64,000 nt of DNA from an uncultured Bacteroidota bacterium (lineage in GTDB: Bacteria; Bacteroidota; Bacteroidia; Flavobacteriales; Flavobacteriaceae), in the NCBI GenBank assembly GCA_902587325.1, contig CACIKV010000007.1:3531-67530 (forward strand), written 5' to 3'. Of this stretch, positions 11,625 through 20,264 are shown piece after piece. The position numbers and the translations under genes are program-made. Positions within the stretch are counted from its first letter, which is position 1. The number at the start of each line of letters is the position of its first letter. The notes beneath the pieces are model-generated. The model did not search any database, was not told the DNA's origin, and worked only from the letters and a program-made list of their open reading frames with translations.

Positions 11625-11654
11625 TTATGAAAATTTGAGCGCAAATATAATTAA

Positions 11655-11682
11655 GGAAACTAAAAAAACCAAATTAGTTTCC
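11655..11682. promoter_or_regulatory. inverted repeat GGAAACTA-N12-TAGTTTCC, candidate TetR operator
   Basis: Perfect 8-bp arms in the 115-bp divergent region between tetR and the polyprenyl synthase gene. Confidence 0.35.
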
Positions 11683-11739
11683 AAAGTTTCTTAATCGATT
11701 TCCTGTATTTTAATAATCATAAAATGTAAATTAGCGTAG

Positions 11740-12699
11740 ATGTTTGAAAACTATTTTCTTAAAATAAATAATTCAATAGAATTACTTATCAATGATCTGA
11801 ATGATTCAAAAATATATGATCCAATCAAATATTTTTTAAGACTACCATCAAAAAGAATTCGTCCCATTGCTACAATTATTTCTAATAAATTATTTAATAA
11901 TAATATAGATTATGCACTTCCTGCTGCTCTTGCAAATGAGGTCTTTCACAATTTTACTTTAATACATGATGACATAATGGATTCATCAAAAATTAGAAGA
12001 GGAAATGAAACAGTACATACAAAATGGAATTTGAATCAAGCAATACTTTCTGGGGATTCAATGCTAATTTTATCTTATAAGTTATTGGAAAAATATCCTA
12101 ATGAAATTCAAAAACTTTTATTAAAATTATTTAATGATACAGCATTACTAATATGTGAGGGTCAACAGTTAGATATTGATTTTGAAAGTCAAAATGAGGT
12201 TGAGTATTTAAGTTATATAAATATGATTGAATATAAAACTGCAGTTTTATTAGGATCTTCATTGAAAATGGGAGCATTAATAAACAGTACTGATAATTCA
12301 ACGTCTGATCTATTATATAAATGTGGTGTTAACCTTGGAATAGCATTTCAGATTCAGGATGACTATCTGGATTTATTTGGAGATGAAAAAATTATTGGTA
12401 AAAAAATTGGAGGGGATGTAGTTGAAAATAAAAAAACAATTCTCTATCATTTGTGTTTTGCTAATGCAAATAAAAGTCAAAAATTATTATTGAATGAAAT
12501 TTATAATTCATCAAACAAAAATAAAATTCACAATGCAAAAAAATTATTTGCAGAAACTAAAGCAGATTTAGAATCTAGAAATTTGGTAAAGAAATACTCT
12601 GAACTTGCTATTTCACAAATAAACGATTTAGAAATGGATTCATCTAAAAAGTTTGAATTAGAAGCCTTATCAAAGTTGCTATTAAAAAGAAAATTTTAA
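11740..12699 (+). CDS. polyprenyl diphosphate synthase (trans-isoprenyl diphosphate synthase family)
   Basis: FARM LIHDDIMD and SARM FQIQDDYLD. Confidence 0.85.
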   Translation: MFENYFLKINNSIELLINDLNDSKIYDPIKYFLRLPSKRIRPIATIISNKLFNNNIDYALPAALANEVFHNFTLIHDDIMDSSKIRRGNETVHTKWNLNQAILSGDSMLILSYKLLEKYPNEIQKLLLKLFNDTALLICEGQQLDIDFESQNEVEYLSYINMIEYKTAVLLGSSLKMGALINSTDNSTSDLLYKCGVNLGIAFQIQDDYLDLFGDEKIIGKKIGGDVVENKKTILYHLCFANANKSQKLLLNEIYNSSNKNKIHNAKKLFAETKADLESRNLVKKYSELAISQINDLEMDSSKKFELEALSKLLLKRKF

Positions 12700-12755
12700 T
12701 TAAAAAATTAAAATAATTTTATAGTTTTGCACTGGTGAACTTTCATGTTTTATAA

Positions 12756-13604
12756 ATGGAATCAGTTTTAGAATTTTTTAAATCGGAATCAAGTCCAATA
12801 TTGCAAGCATTATATGCAGGATTATTTACATGGGCATTAACATCAATTGGTGCTGCATTAGTTTTTCTTTTCAAATCTTCAAACAGAAAAATGTTAGATG
12901 CAGCTTTAGGTTTTACTGGAGGTGTTATGATAGCGGCAAGTTTTTGGTCATTAATTGCGCCTGCTATTCATGCAGTCGAGGTTCAAAATGATTTAGGCCA
13001 ATCTAGCTTACCATCTTTTTTACCACCAGCTATAGGTTTTTTTCTTGGTGCACTTTTTATGTTTTTTTTAGATAAGTCAATACCTCACTTACATATTTTT
13101 GGAAAAATGAAGGAAGCAGAAGGTCCAAAATCTGATCTTAAAAAAACTTCATTATTAGTTCTTGCTATTGCAATTCATAATATTCCAGAGGGACTAGCAG
13201 TAGGTGTTGCTTTTGGAGCACTTGTTATTCCAGAATTTGCTAATGTATATTCACTTGGTGCTGCTGTTGCACTTGGAATAGGAATAGGAATCCAAAATTT
13301 TCCTGAGGGATTTGCTGTTTCAATGCCACTTAGAAGAGCAGGGGCTAGTAGAAAAAAGTCGTGGTTTTGGGGTCAATTATCCGCAATTGTTGAACCCATT
13401 TTTGCTGTCATTGGAGCAGCTCTTGTAATACTTGTATGGCCAATATTACCATACGCATTGTCTTTTGCAGCTGGAGCGATGATTTTTATTGTTGTTGAGG
13501 AGGTTATTCCAGAAAGTCAAAGAGGTGGAAATACAGATTTGGCTACAATGGGCTTAATAGCAGGCTTTATTATTATGATGAGTTTAGATGTTGCTTTAGG
13601 TTAA
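12756..13604 (+). CDS. ZIP family divalent metal transporter (GufA/ZupT-like)
   Basis: Polytopic protein with motifs HNIPEGLAVG and QNFPEGFAVS. Confidence 0.85.
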   Translation: MESVLEFFKSESSPILQALYAGLFTWALTSIGAALVFLFKSSNRKMLDAALGFTGGVMIAASFWSLIAPAIHAVEVQNDLGQSSLPSFLPPAIGFFLGALFMFFLDKSIPHLHIFGKMKEAEGPKSDLKKTSLLVLAIAIHNIPEGLAVGVAFGALVIPEFANVYSLGAAVALGIGIGIQNFPEGFAVSMPLRRAGASRKKSWFWGQLSAIVEPIFAVIGAALVILVWPILPYALSFAAGAMIFIVVEEVIPESQRGGNTDLATMGLIAGFIIMMSLDVALG

Positions 13605-13613
13605 ATTGATAAA

Positions 13614-14456
13614 TTAATCTTGATTTAATTCTCTCAATTTCCCGTTAGCTGATGAAGCAGCAAAAAAGTTTTCTACAGCTTTACCATAATAATCCTTAGC
13701 ACTTTCAAAATCACCTTCATTATAGTAAAATTCTCCCATTGAATCATAAGAATTATATCCATTTGGATAAAGTTCAAGATACTCTTCAAAAAGAGACTTT
13801 GATTTTTCCTTATCGCCAATACCATAATAAAAATATCCTAACAAATTTGTAGCAGGAGCTATCATGTAAGAGTGATCACCACTGACTGGAAGAGATTCAC
13901 TATCACCTACACCATCTCTAAGTTCAGACAACAATGATTCAGTTTCTTTAATTTTGTTCTCAATACCGGGAATTGTGAATGAATAATAATAATGAATTAG
14001 TTTACCTTTTGGTTCAACTGATCTCATTTTTGCCCACTTCTCATGTGCGCCTGGACCTAATAAAGGCCACCATCTTGATTGTCTAGGTAGATCTAAGAGT
14101 GAAACAAAAATCTTGGAGGTTTCATTATTATCAGCAACATTTTCTTTCGCTTTTTGTATATGCATCTCAGATTTTTCAGAGCCCTCTGGAGATAACCCAG
14201 CTAATACTACATGAGGACCAAAAAGAGATGGATCGTATTCAAGTGCTTTTTCAAAAAATACCTTCGCTTTCTCATATTCAACATTATATAAATGAACCAT
14301 AGCTGCATTTGTCATTTCATTTGCAAAATCATTATCACTTTGCCACTGAATGTAGTCACCTGTTGATGAATCAAAATCCCAATTTGCATTATCTCTGTTT
14401 TGATTAGTTTCGCATCCAACAATTAATGCGGCTAGTAGTAAAAATATTTTTTTCAT
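13614..14456 (-). CDS. TPR-repeat lipoprotein
   Basis: Lipobox ALIVGC. TPR-like helices YEKAKVFFEKALEYDP and FESAKDYYGKAVE. Confidence 0.55.
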   Translation of the reverse strand: MKKIFLLLAALIVGCETNQNRDNANWDFDSSTGDYIQWQSDNDFANEMTNAAMVHLYNVEYEKAKVFFEKALEYDPSLFGPHVVLAGLSPEGSEKSEMHIQKAKENVADNNETSKIFVSLLDLPRQSRWWPLLGPGAHEKWAKMRSVEPKGKLIHYYYSFTIPGIENKIKETESLLSELRDGVGDSESLPVSGDHSYMIAPATNLLGYFYYGIGDKEKSKSLFEEYLELYPNGYNSYDSMGEFYYNEGDFESAKDYYGKAVENFFAASSANGKLRELNQD

Positions 14457-14573
14457 AATTTTTTGGTTTCTATAAATTTACTAAAACCGTTTGATTAATT
14501 TTTAATTAAAAAAAATATTGTTTAACATCACAAACTGTGAAATTTGATTCAATTAATTATTAAGTTAAAAAAT

Positions 14574-15116
14574 TTAATTTCTTTGAGCTTGAGCAATCTC
14601 CTTAAAATCAATTCCTAAATATTGAAAAGTTTGAGTTTCAAAAAGACCATTCCCGTATTGTTGACTCCAATCCTTATGAAGATTTAATTCATAGTCAGAT
14701 GGGGGAATCACGTTGAAAATTACATCATATTTATCATCAATATTTCCAGGAAGTGAAATATTTCTGGCGTAGTGAAAATTATCAATAAGATTTATGTGAG
14801 GTAACAAATCAATGAATGTACTTAGTCCTGTCGACGAGTTAATAATTTTTGAATTTAATCTCATGTAAGGAATAAATCCACCAGCTGGAGTTCCCAACGG
14901 GATATTGGTTGTGTCCCAATTTACTCTAGCCTCAATATGAATATTGGTTTCATTGATTTTTAAATTATTATTTTTTGGAAAAACTTCGTCTTTAATGGCT
15001 CCTTCAAAAATTAAAACTATTCCAGGCTCAATTCTTTCCTTTCCAATTATCAATTCTTGGCTAAATATGTTAACAGTTAGAAAAAAAAGAAAAATATATA
15101 ATGTGTATTTTTTCAT
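14574..15116 (-). CDS. periplasmic P19/FetP/Tp34-like iron-transport family protein
   Basis: Signal peptide. NIHIEARVNW, GGFIPYM, FHYARNISL and YDVIFNVIPP align by eye with the P19 blocks HLEADIHA, EWIPYL, PHYGANI and YKVTYHIEPP. Confidence 0.5.
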   Translation of the reverse strand: MKKYTLYIFLFFLTVNIFSQELIIGKERIEPGIVLIFEGAIKDEVFPKNNNLKINETNIHIEARVNWDTTNIPLGTPAGGFIPYMRLNSKIINSSTGLSTFIDLLPHINLIDNFHYARNISLPGNIDDKYDVIFNVIPPSDYELNLHKDWSQQYGNGLFETQTFQYLGIDFKEIAQAQRN

Positions 15117-15118
15117 AT

Positions 15119-15799
15119 TTAAGATTTATTGTAGGAATCTTGTAAAATTTTTATATCCGAAATTATTTTATTCATTTCTTCCATTTTTGTTCCGTCATAA
15201 AATCCCCTAATTCTTTTTTCTTTGTCAACTAAAACAAAATTTTCTGTGTGTATCATGTCATGAGAGCCCATTTGTGGATTATCCTTAACAACTAAAAAAG
15301 ATTTTCTAGCAAGATTATAAATTTGTTTTTTATCACCTGTCATTAAGTTCCATTTTCTATCATTAACTCCTTTTTCTATAGCATATTTTTTCAAAACTTC
15401 AACTGAATCAATTTCAGGTGTTACAGAAAATGAAGCAAACATGACATCTTGCTCGCTCAATTCATTTTGTAAAAAAACCATATTTCCAGTCATAATGGGG
15501 CAAATAGTTGGACATGTAGTAAAGAAAAAGTCTGCAACATATATTTTTTTATCATAATTATTTTGAGTTGTTTCTTCTCCATTCTGATTAACTAAATTAA
15601 AATCAGAAATTCTATGATATTTTTTTACATGTTTTAGTTCATCATCTACCAAATCGGGACTTACCATTGATGGACTGTAAATTGGTAATTTTTTTTCAGG
15701 TGTTAGCGCTATGTTAAAAATTGAAACCCCACAAATAGTAAAAATTACTGTAAATAAAATTAGATACTTATATCTATTCCAAAATTCTTTATTATTCAT
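15119..15799 (-). CDS. SCO1/SenC family copper chaperone / thiol-disulfide protein
   Basis: N-terminal anchor, thioredoxin fold and CxxxC motif FFTTCPTICP. 2-nt gap to the P19-like gene. Confidence 0.85.
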   Translation of the reverse strand: MNNKEFWNRYKYLILFTVIFTICGVSIFNIALTPEKKLPIYSPSMVSPDLVDDELKHVKKYHRISDFNLVNQNGEETTQNNYDKKIYVADFFFTTCPTICPIMTGNMVFLQNELSEQDVMFASFSVTPEIDSVEVLKKYAIEKGVNDRKWNLMTGDKKQIYNLARKSFLVVKDNPQMGSHDMIHTENFVLVDKEKRIRGFYDGTKMEEMNKIISDIKILQDSYNKS

Positions 15800-15893
15800 T
15801 AACGTAAAATTAATTTAAAATAAAAACAATTCAATTATCACACCATTTTTTTCAAAAGATAAAAAAGGTTATTTTTGGAGACCAAAATTTATT

Positions 15894-17204
15894 ATGGAAG
15901 TAATTTTAATTAAAGGATTTCAATTAATTTTAAGTTTATCAATTCTTGTTTTTCTACATGAATTAGGACATTATATTCCAGCAAAACTTTTTGGAACAAG
16001 AGTAGAAAAGTTTTATTTATTTTTTGATTGGCCATTTTCTGTATTTAAGAAAAAAGTTGGAGATACTGAGTTTGGTGTTGGAGCATTGCCATTGGGCGGA
16101 TATGTTAAAATTTCAGGTATGGTTGATGAAAGTTTTGATACTAAACAGCTGGAAACTGAACCAAAGGATTGGGAATTTAGATCAAAGCCTACTTGGCAAA
16201 GATTAATTATAATGCTTGGCGGTGTAATTATCAACTTTATTTTAGGATTTGTCATTTATATGATGGTAACATTTGTTTGGGGAAAGACCATTGTTACTTA
16301 TGATGATTTAAATTCTGGATTTAAAGTTTCAGAAACAATGAAAGAAATAGGATTTGAAGATGGTGATAAAATTTTAAAAGTTGATGGAACAGAAGTCGAA
16401 AATCAATTAGAAATAGCTATGATGATTGTTTCTAGAGGTGTAGATAATATTGAGGTTTTGCATGATGATGGAACTAGAGATTTAATTGATATTCCCAATG
16501 ATATAGGTCTTAAAATTATTGCTTCTGGCACTTCTCCTTTTACTCCTTTACCTAATTTTGAAGTTGACTCTATTCAAAATCTTTCACCTTCAGCGTCTAG
16601 TAATATAATGGTTGGAGATATAATTGATAAAGCAAATGGATCTAAGATTTATAATTTTGATGATTTAGAAGAAGCTAAAAAAATCAATGCTGATTATGTT
16701 GAGTTAGAATTAATAAGAGGAGAAGATAAAATAACTACAGTAATTCCTTTCTATTCTGATGATAAAAAAATCGGTATTTATCCGCGATACAATTTAGAGG
16801 GAACAACTTTAAGGTATGATTTATTTGAAAGTATAACAAAAGGAGCTGAAACAGCTTACTATACACTAACCGATTATATGAACCAAATGAAATATCTAGC
16901 AAGCTCTGAGGGAGCTTCCCAGCTAGGTGGTTTTGGTACTATTGGGAGTATTTTTCCAGCTCAATGGAACTGGAAAAGATTTTGGGAAATGACGGCTTTT
17001 CTTTCAATAATTCTAGGATTCATGAATGTACTCCCAATACCCGCACTTGATGGGGGTCATGTAATGTTTTTACTTTACGAGATGATTACAGGTAAAAAAC
17101 CTAATGATAAGTTTATGGAATATGCTACAATGACAGGTGTTATTCTTTTAATAGGATTAGTACTTTATGCAAATGGTATGGATATTTTTAGAGCGTTTTC
17201 CTAA
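15894..17204 (+). CDS. rseP: RIP site-2 zinc metalloprotease
   Basis: HELGHY motif, internal PDZ-like region, and C-terminal NVLPIPALDGGH. Confidence 0.9.
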   Translation: MEVILIKGFQLILSLSILVFLHELGHYIPAKLFGTRVEKFYLFFDWPFSVFKKKVGDTEFGVGALPLGGYVKISGMVDESFDTKQLETEPKDWEFRSKPTWQRLIIMLGGVIINFILGFVIYMMVTFVWGKTIVTYDDLNSGFKVSETMKEIGFEDGDKILKVDGTEVENQLEIAMMIVSRGVDNIEVLHDDGTRDLIDIPNDIGLKIIASGTSPFTPLPNFEVDSIQNLSPSASSNIMVGDIIDKANGSKIYNFDDLEEAKKINADYVELELIRGEDKITTVIPFYSDDKKIGIYPRYNLEGTTLRYDLFESITKGAETAYYTLTDYMNQMKYLASSEGASQLGGFGTIGSIFPAQWNWKRFWEMTAFLSIILGFMNVLPIPALDGGHVMFLLYEMITGKKPNDKFMEYATMTGVILLIGLVLYANGMDIFRAFS

Positions 17205-17242
17205 AAATTAATTGATACTTAATATTTGAAATAAAATATAAT

Positions 17243-17250
17243 TATATTTG
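17243..17250 (+). promoter_or_regulatory. Bacteroidota-type -7 box TATATTTG (TAnnTTTG) upstream of tRNA-Asn
   Basis: Exact match to the published -7 consensus, 13 nt before the tRNA 5' end. An upstream TTTG at 17225-17228 sits closer than the usual spacing. Confidence 0.3.
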
Positions 17251-17263
17251 CCCACACTTAAAT

Positions 17264-17337
17264 TCCTCCTTAGCTCAGTTGGTTAGAGCATCTGACTGTT
17301 AATCAGAGGGTCCTTGGTTCGAGCCCAAGAGGGGGAG
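17264..17337 (+). tRNA. tRNA-Asn (anticodon GTT)
   Basis: Hand-folded cloverleaf: acceptor TCCTCCT/AGGGGGA, D stem GCTC/GAGC, anticodon stem TCTGA/TCAGA with loop CTGTTAA, T stem CTTGG/CCAAG with loop TTCGAGC, discriminator G. CCA is not encoded. Confidence 0.9.
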
Positions 17338-17375
17338 CAAGCTAACCGCTACATCACATATTCTTAAAGCCCACT
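17287..17375 (+). repeat. left direct repeat (attL-like): 3' 51 nt of tRNA-Asn plus 38 nt downstream
   Basis: Identical to 27236-27324 except C17347 versus T27296, compared base by base. Confidence 0.9.
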
Positions 17376-17392
17376 CACAGGTGGGTTTTTTC
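17370..17392 (+). terminator. rho-independent terminator after tRNA-Asn
   Basis: Stem CCCAC/GTGGG with loop TCACAG, followed by a T run. Confidence 0.6.
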
Positions 17393-17436
17393 TTAGCCAA
17401 TATTTAAGATGAACATTAAATTAAAGATATAAAAAG

Positions 17437-17457
17437 TTGTCAGTTATTTGTCAGTTT
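17437..17457 (+). repeat. TTGTCAGTTA-TTTGTCAGTTT tandem half-sites (candidate integrase arm-type site)
   Basis: The same 21-mer with 1 mismatch occurs at 27140-27160 across the integrase start codon. Confidence 0.4.
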
Positions 17458-17537
17458 GATCTTTTAGTAGAACTAAACTTGAAAAAACTTGATTATTCAA
17501 GATTGAAAAACTTTGATTAATCAAACATTAATAAAGA

Positions 17538-17603
17538 TTAATTAATTCTTAAGGTTAAAAAAACAAGCGGAATAAATAGTAATAGTAGAATTAATTTTTT
17601 CAT
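17538..17603 (-). pseudogene. truncated 5' fragment of an exported-protein gene (MKKLILLLLFIPLVFLTLRIN*)
   Basis: The first ~42 nt are near-identical to the 5' end of the gene starting at 18156. The reading frame stops after 21 codons. Confidence 0.6.
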
Positions 17604-17616
17604 ATATATAATTTAT

Positions 17617-18156
17617 CTAAATAGTTGATTTAGATTTATTTAAAACAACAATTGATTTTAAAAAAATTTTAAATTCAGACAAAAATGAAGCTGCAGTGTT
17701 CTTTTTTTTTGCACCAAACTGTATCAAAATAACCTTTTTATTAATAATCACATATGACTGAATCAAGTAGAATTGATTTTCTAAAAACAAAGAATCTGAT
17801 ATCATTCCTGGATAACTATCAATTGAAAAGTATGAGTATTTTCTTTCTCCAAAAAAAGGATATTTATTGAGCTTAATTAAATTTCTGTATTCTTCATTAG
17901 TGTAATTATAAAGCTCATCATTTGTGGGAATAGATTTAGTTAAGAAGGTTATTAAAATTTGGTTTTCAGGTGAAAAATTATTTAATACAACCAAACTTTC
18001 TTTTGATTTTGGCTTAATAACTTTAAAACCCTCTGGAATTTTAAACTTTAAATCAATACCATTTGATAAAGGATTATTAATAATCTCATAATAATTATCT
18101 TTTTGCCCAATAGAAACAAGCGGAATAAATAGTAATAGTAGAATTAGTTTTTTCAT
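17617..18156 (-). CDS. hypothetical secreted protein
   Basis: I prefer the ATG at 18156 (MKKLILLLLFIPLVSIGQ signal peptide, ATGA overlap with the upstream stop) over the track start at 18177. Confidence 0.7.
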   Translation of the reverse strand: MKKLILLLLFIPLVSIGQKDNYYEIINNPLSNGIDLKFKIPEGFKVIKPKSKESLVVLNNFSPENQILITFLTKSIPTNDELYNYTNEEYRNLIKLNKYPFFGERKYSYFSIDSYPGMISDSLFLENQFYLIQSYVIINKKVILIQFGAKKKNTAASFLSEFKIFLKSIVVLNKSKSTI

Positions 18157-18512
18157 TTCTTTTTGTTTTGGACACATTTTTTTACATCCAAAGCTCCGTC
18201 ATCAAACATTGATATTTGACCCTGTGGATATACAGAAACTTCTTGAGCAACATCATTTACAGCAAAACAACTTCCACCTGAACCACCTAACGCCCATACA
18301 CCAACTCCTCTGTTTGGTATATCAAGTGCAACGAAATAAACATCGTCAAAGTCTTTAGACTTAATAGCACAAGTCTGATTAAAACCAGTATCACCTTTAA
18401 AGCCTGACATTATTGTACTATACTGTTTTTCTGTTGGTTCTATAAAGTTTTTTGATGGAGCTTCTTCACAACCTAAAAAGACAAAAAATAATATTATGAT
18501 TAGCTTTTTCAT
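18153..18512 (-). CDS. hypothetical small lipoprotein
   Basis: Lipobox FVFLGC. 119 aa with 4 further Cys. Part of a tight operon. Confidence 0.65.
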   Translation of the reverse strand: MKKLIIILFFVFLGCEEAPSKNFIEPTEKQYSTIMSGFKGDTGFNQTCAIKSKDFDDVYFVALDIPNRGVGVWALGGSGGSCFAVNDVAQEVSVYPQGQISMFDDGALDVKKCVQNKKK

Positions 18513-18513
18513 A

Positions 18514-18885
18514 TTAAAATTTAAACTCTGTTATATCACAATTTACGATACTAGATACTTTCGTTTGATTTATACAATCTTTAAACATTGCTTCTATCCA
18601 TACTTCATAATCCGGATAATTTCCAACTCCAAATTTTTTAATATAATCGTAAAAACTTCTATCAATTTTTAAATTAATTTCACCACCAACGCCTGAAGCA
18701 TAAAGAACTGCACCAACTTTATAATTATCAAAGTATTTATTTGACTTAGATATATAATCGTGAAATTGCATTATCAAGGTTATATCTTCATTTTTTTCCA
18801 TTGGCTCATTGTAACTGAAATAATTTTCAGGAAGTTCACCACAACTTAAAATGACAAACAGTAATAGTAGAATTATTTTTTTCAT
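18514..18885 (-). CDS. hypothetical small lipoprotein
   Basis: Lipobox VILSC. 123 aa. 1-nt gap to the next gene. Confidence 0.65.
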   Translation of the reverse strand: MKKIILLLLFVILSCGELPENYFSYNEPMEKNEDITLIMQFHDYISKSNKYFDNYKVGAVLYASGVGGEINLKIDRSFYDYIKKFGVGNYPDYEVWIEAMFKDCINQTKVSSIVNCDITEFKF

Positions 18886-18893
18886 ATTGAAAT

Positions 18894-19517
18894 TTAATTG
18901 AATAACTGTGTAAATACGTTTTTATATCCATCAGCATTAAACTTAAATTTATAATTTGACAGTCCGTATTCTTCTTTTGTTATAACAACTGAAACTTCTC
19001 CTCCAGCTAAAAGAATATTATGCATCTTACTTATATGATTTTTCTTAAAACTAGGGTCAAAATATACTCTTTTTCCTCCCTCATACATTTTGCCTGACAT
19101 TGAGTGTTTTATTCCACTCGAATCTTTGATGAGAATTTCATATTCATCAGTACTATATGCTTTTACAGGACTATTACCTGCATATTCATATAACTGTACT
19201 GCAATATCATCAGCTCCAGAAATTAGGAAATAGACATTTAAATTTGAATTAGTTGTTGCAGAGTTGCTAAATGTTCCTTTGATATAATAATCGTGAGCAA
19301 TATATCCTTCATCTGTTGGGTCACCAAAATCATCAACATAATACTTTATAGACCAAATTCCAGTTCCTTCAACTAATTTATTATCAACTTGAGTTTCATA
19401 ATTCCACGTTCCGTCGCTATTTAAAACAACCTTTTTTCCATTTTCATCGACAGTTGCAATTATTTGCGAAAAAGAAAAAAATGGAATTAATAGTAATAGT
19501 AGAATTAGTTTTTTCAT
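18894..19517 (-). CDS. hypothetical secreted protein
   Basis: Signal peptide MKKLILLLLLIPFFSFSQ. 207 aa. Confidence 0.65.
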   Translation of the reverse strand: MKKLILLLLLIPFFSFSQIIATVDENGKKVVLNSDGTWNYETQVDNKLVEGTGIWSIKYYVDDFGDPTDEGYIAHDYYIKGTFSNSATTNSNLNVYFLISGADDIAVQLYEYAGNSPVKAYSTDEYEILIKDSSGIKHSMSGKMYEGGKRVYFDPSFKKNHISKMHNILLAGGEVSVVITKEEYGLSNYKFKFNADGYKNVFTQLFN

Positions 19518-19519
19518 AA

Positions 19520-20044
19520 TTAAAGTGCGGAATCTGAATAATCTACCTCTTTAGCATCCTCATACTTGCCAATAACAATATTTAAATAAATATTTTTTCC
19601 ATATGGTGGTGTTCCAATATATATGTTTTTGCCTTTTTCTTTGTGTGAAAGTATGTAGGTTTCACCAGACGCATATTCAAGATAATTATCTCCAGATTTA
19701 GTATCAATATCATCATTTTCATAGCCCTGGCTGACTAGAAGGCGTACTAAATCTTTAAAAACAAGCTTTACTTGGCTTTCAGGCAATCCGTAAACACCTC
19801 CGCCCACTGGGTTGAGTTTTACAAATTGCAATTTCCCATTTGCATCGTATGTATTATTTTGATGGTAATGTCTCCAATAATAACTTCCTAATGTAATTTG
19901 TTTGTATTTATCTTTATTGGATTTAGCCTCTTTAACAGCTTCTTTTTTGGTCATTCCAGTATTTAATCCTAAAATTAAATTTTGAGAATCTTGACTAATC
20001 GATACAAGTGGAATAAGTAATACTAGAATAAATATTTTTTTCAT
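19520..20044 (-). CDS. hypothetical secreted protein
   Basis: Signal peptide MKKIFILVLLIPLVSISQ. 174 aa. First gene of the five-gene minus-strand string. Confidence 0.65.
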   Translation of the reverse strand: MKKIFILVLLIPLVSISQDSQNLILGLNTGMTKKEAVKEAKSNKDKYKQITLGSYYWRHYHQNNTYDANGKLQFVKLNPVGGGVYGLPESQVKLVFKDLVRLLVSQGYENDDIDTKSGDNYLEYASGETYILSHKEKGKNIYIGTPPYGKNIYLNIVIGKYEDAKEVDYSDSAL

Positions 20045-20264
20045 AATTAGTTATTTATCAACCTAATATATGAAATTATCCCTTTTTTATAGTGTTACAT
20101 TTTGTAACATTTTTAGAAACCTTACTGCGTTTAGGCATACTGAGTTTAATGATACTTTGTTTGCCAATAGTGATTATAGTGTGTTCACTTTTGTTCACTT
20201 TTATATAACTTGAAATTAAGTATAATACAAATTTTTACTATTTTAATATTTAAATAATATAAAT

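Noticed and set aside
17617-18177. Longer start (MCPKQKEM...) for the first island ORF
   Set aside because: The ATG at 18156 gives a canonical signal peptide, shares the conserved leader codons with paralogues and forms an ATGA overlap with the upstream stop.
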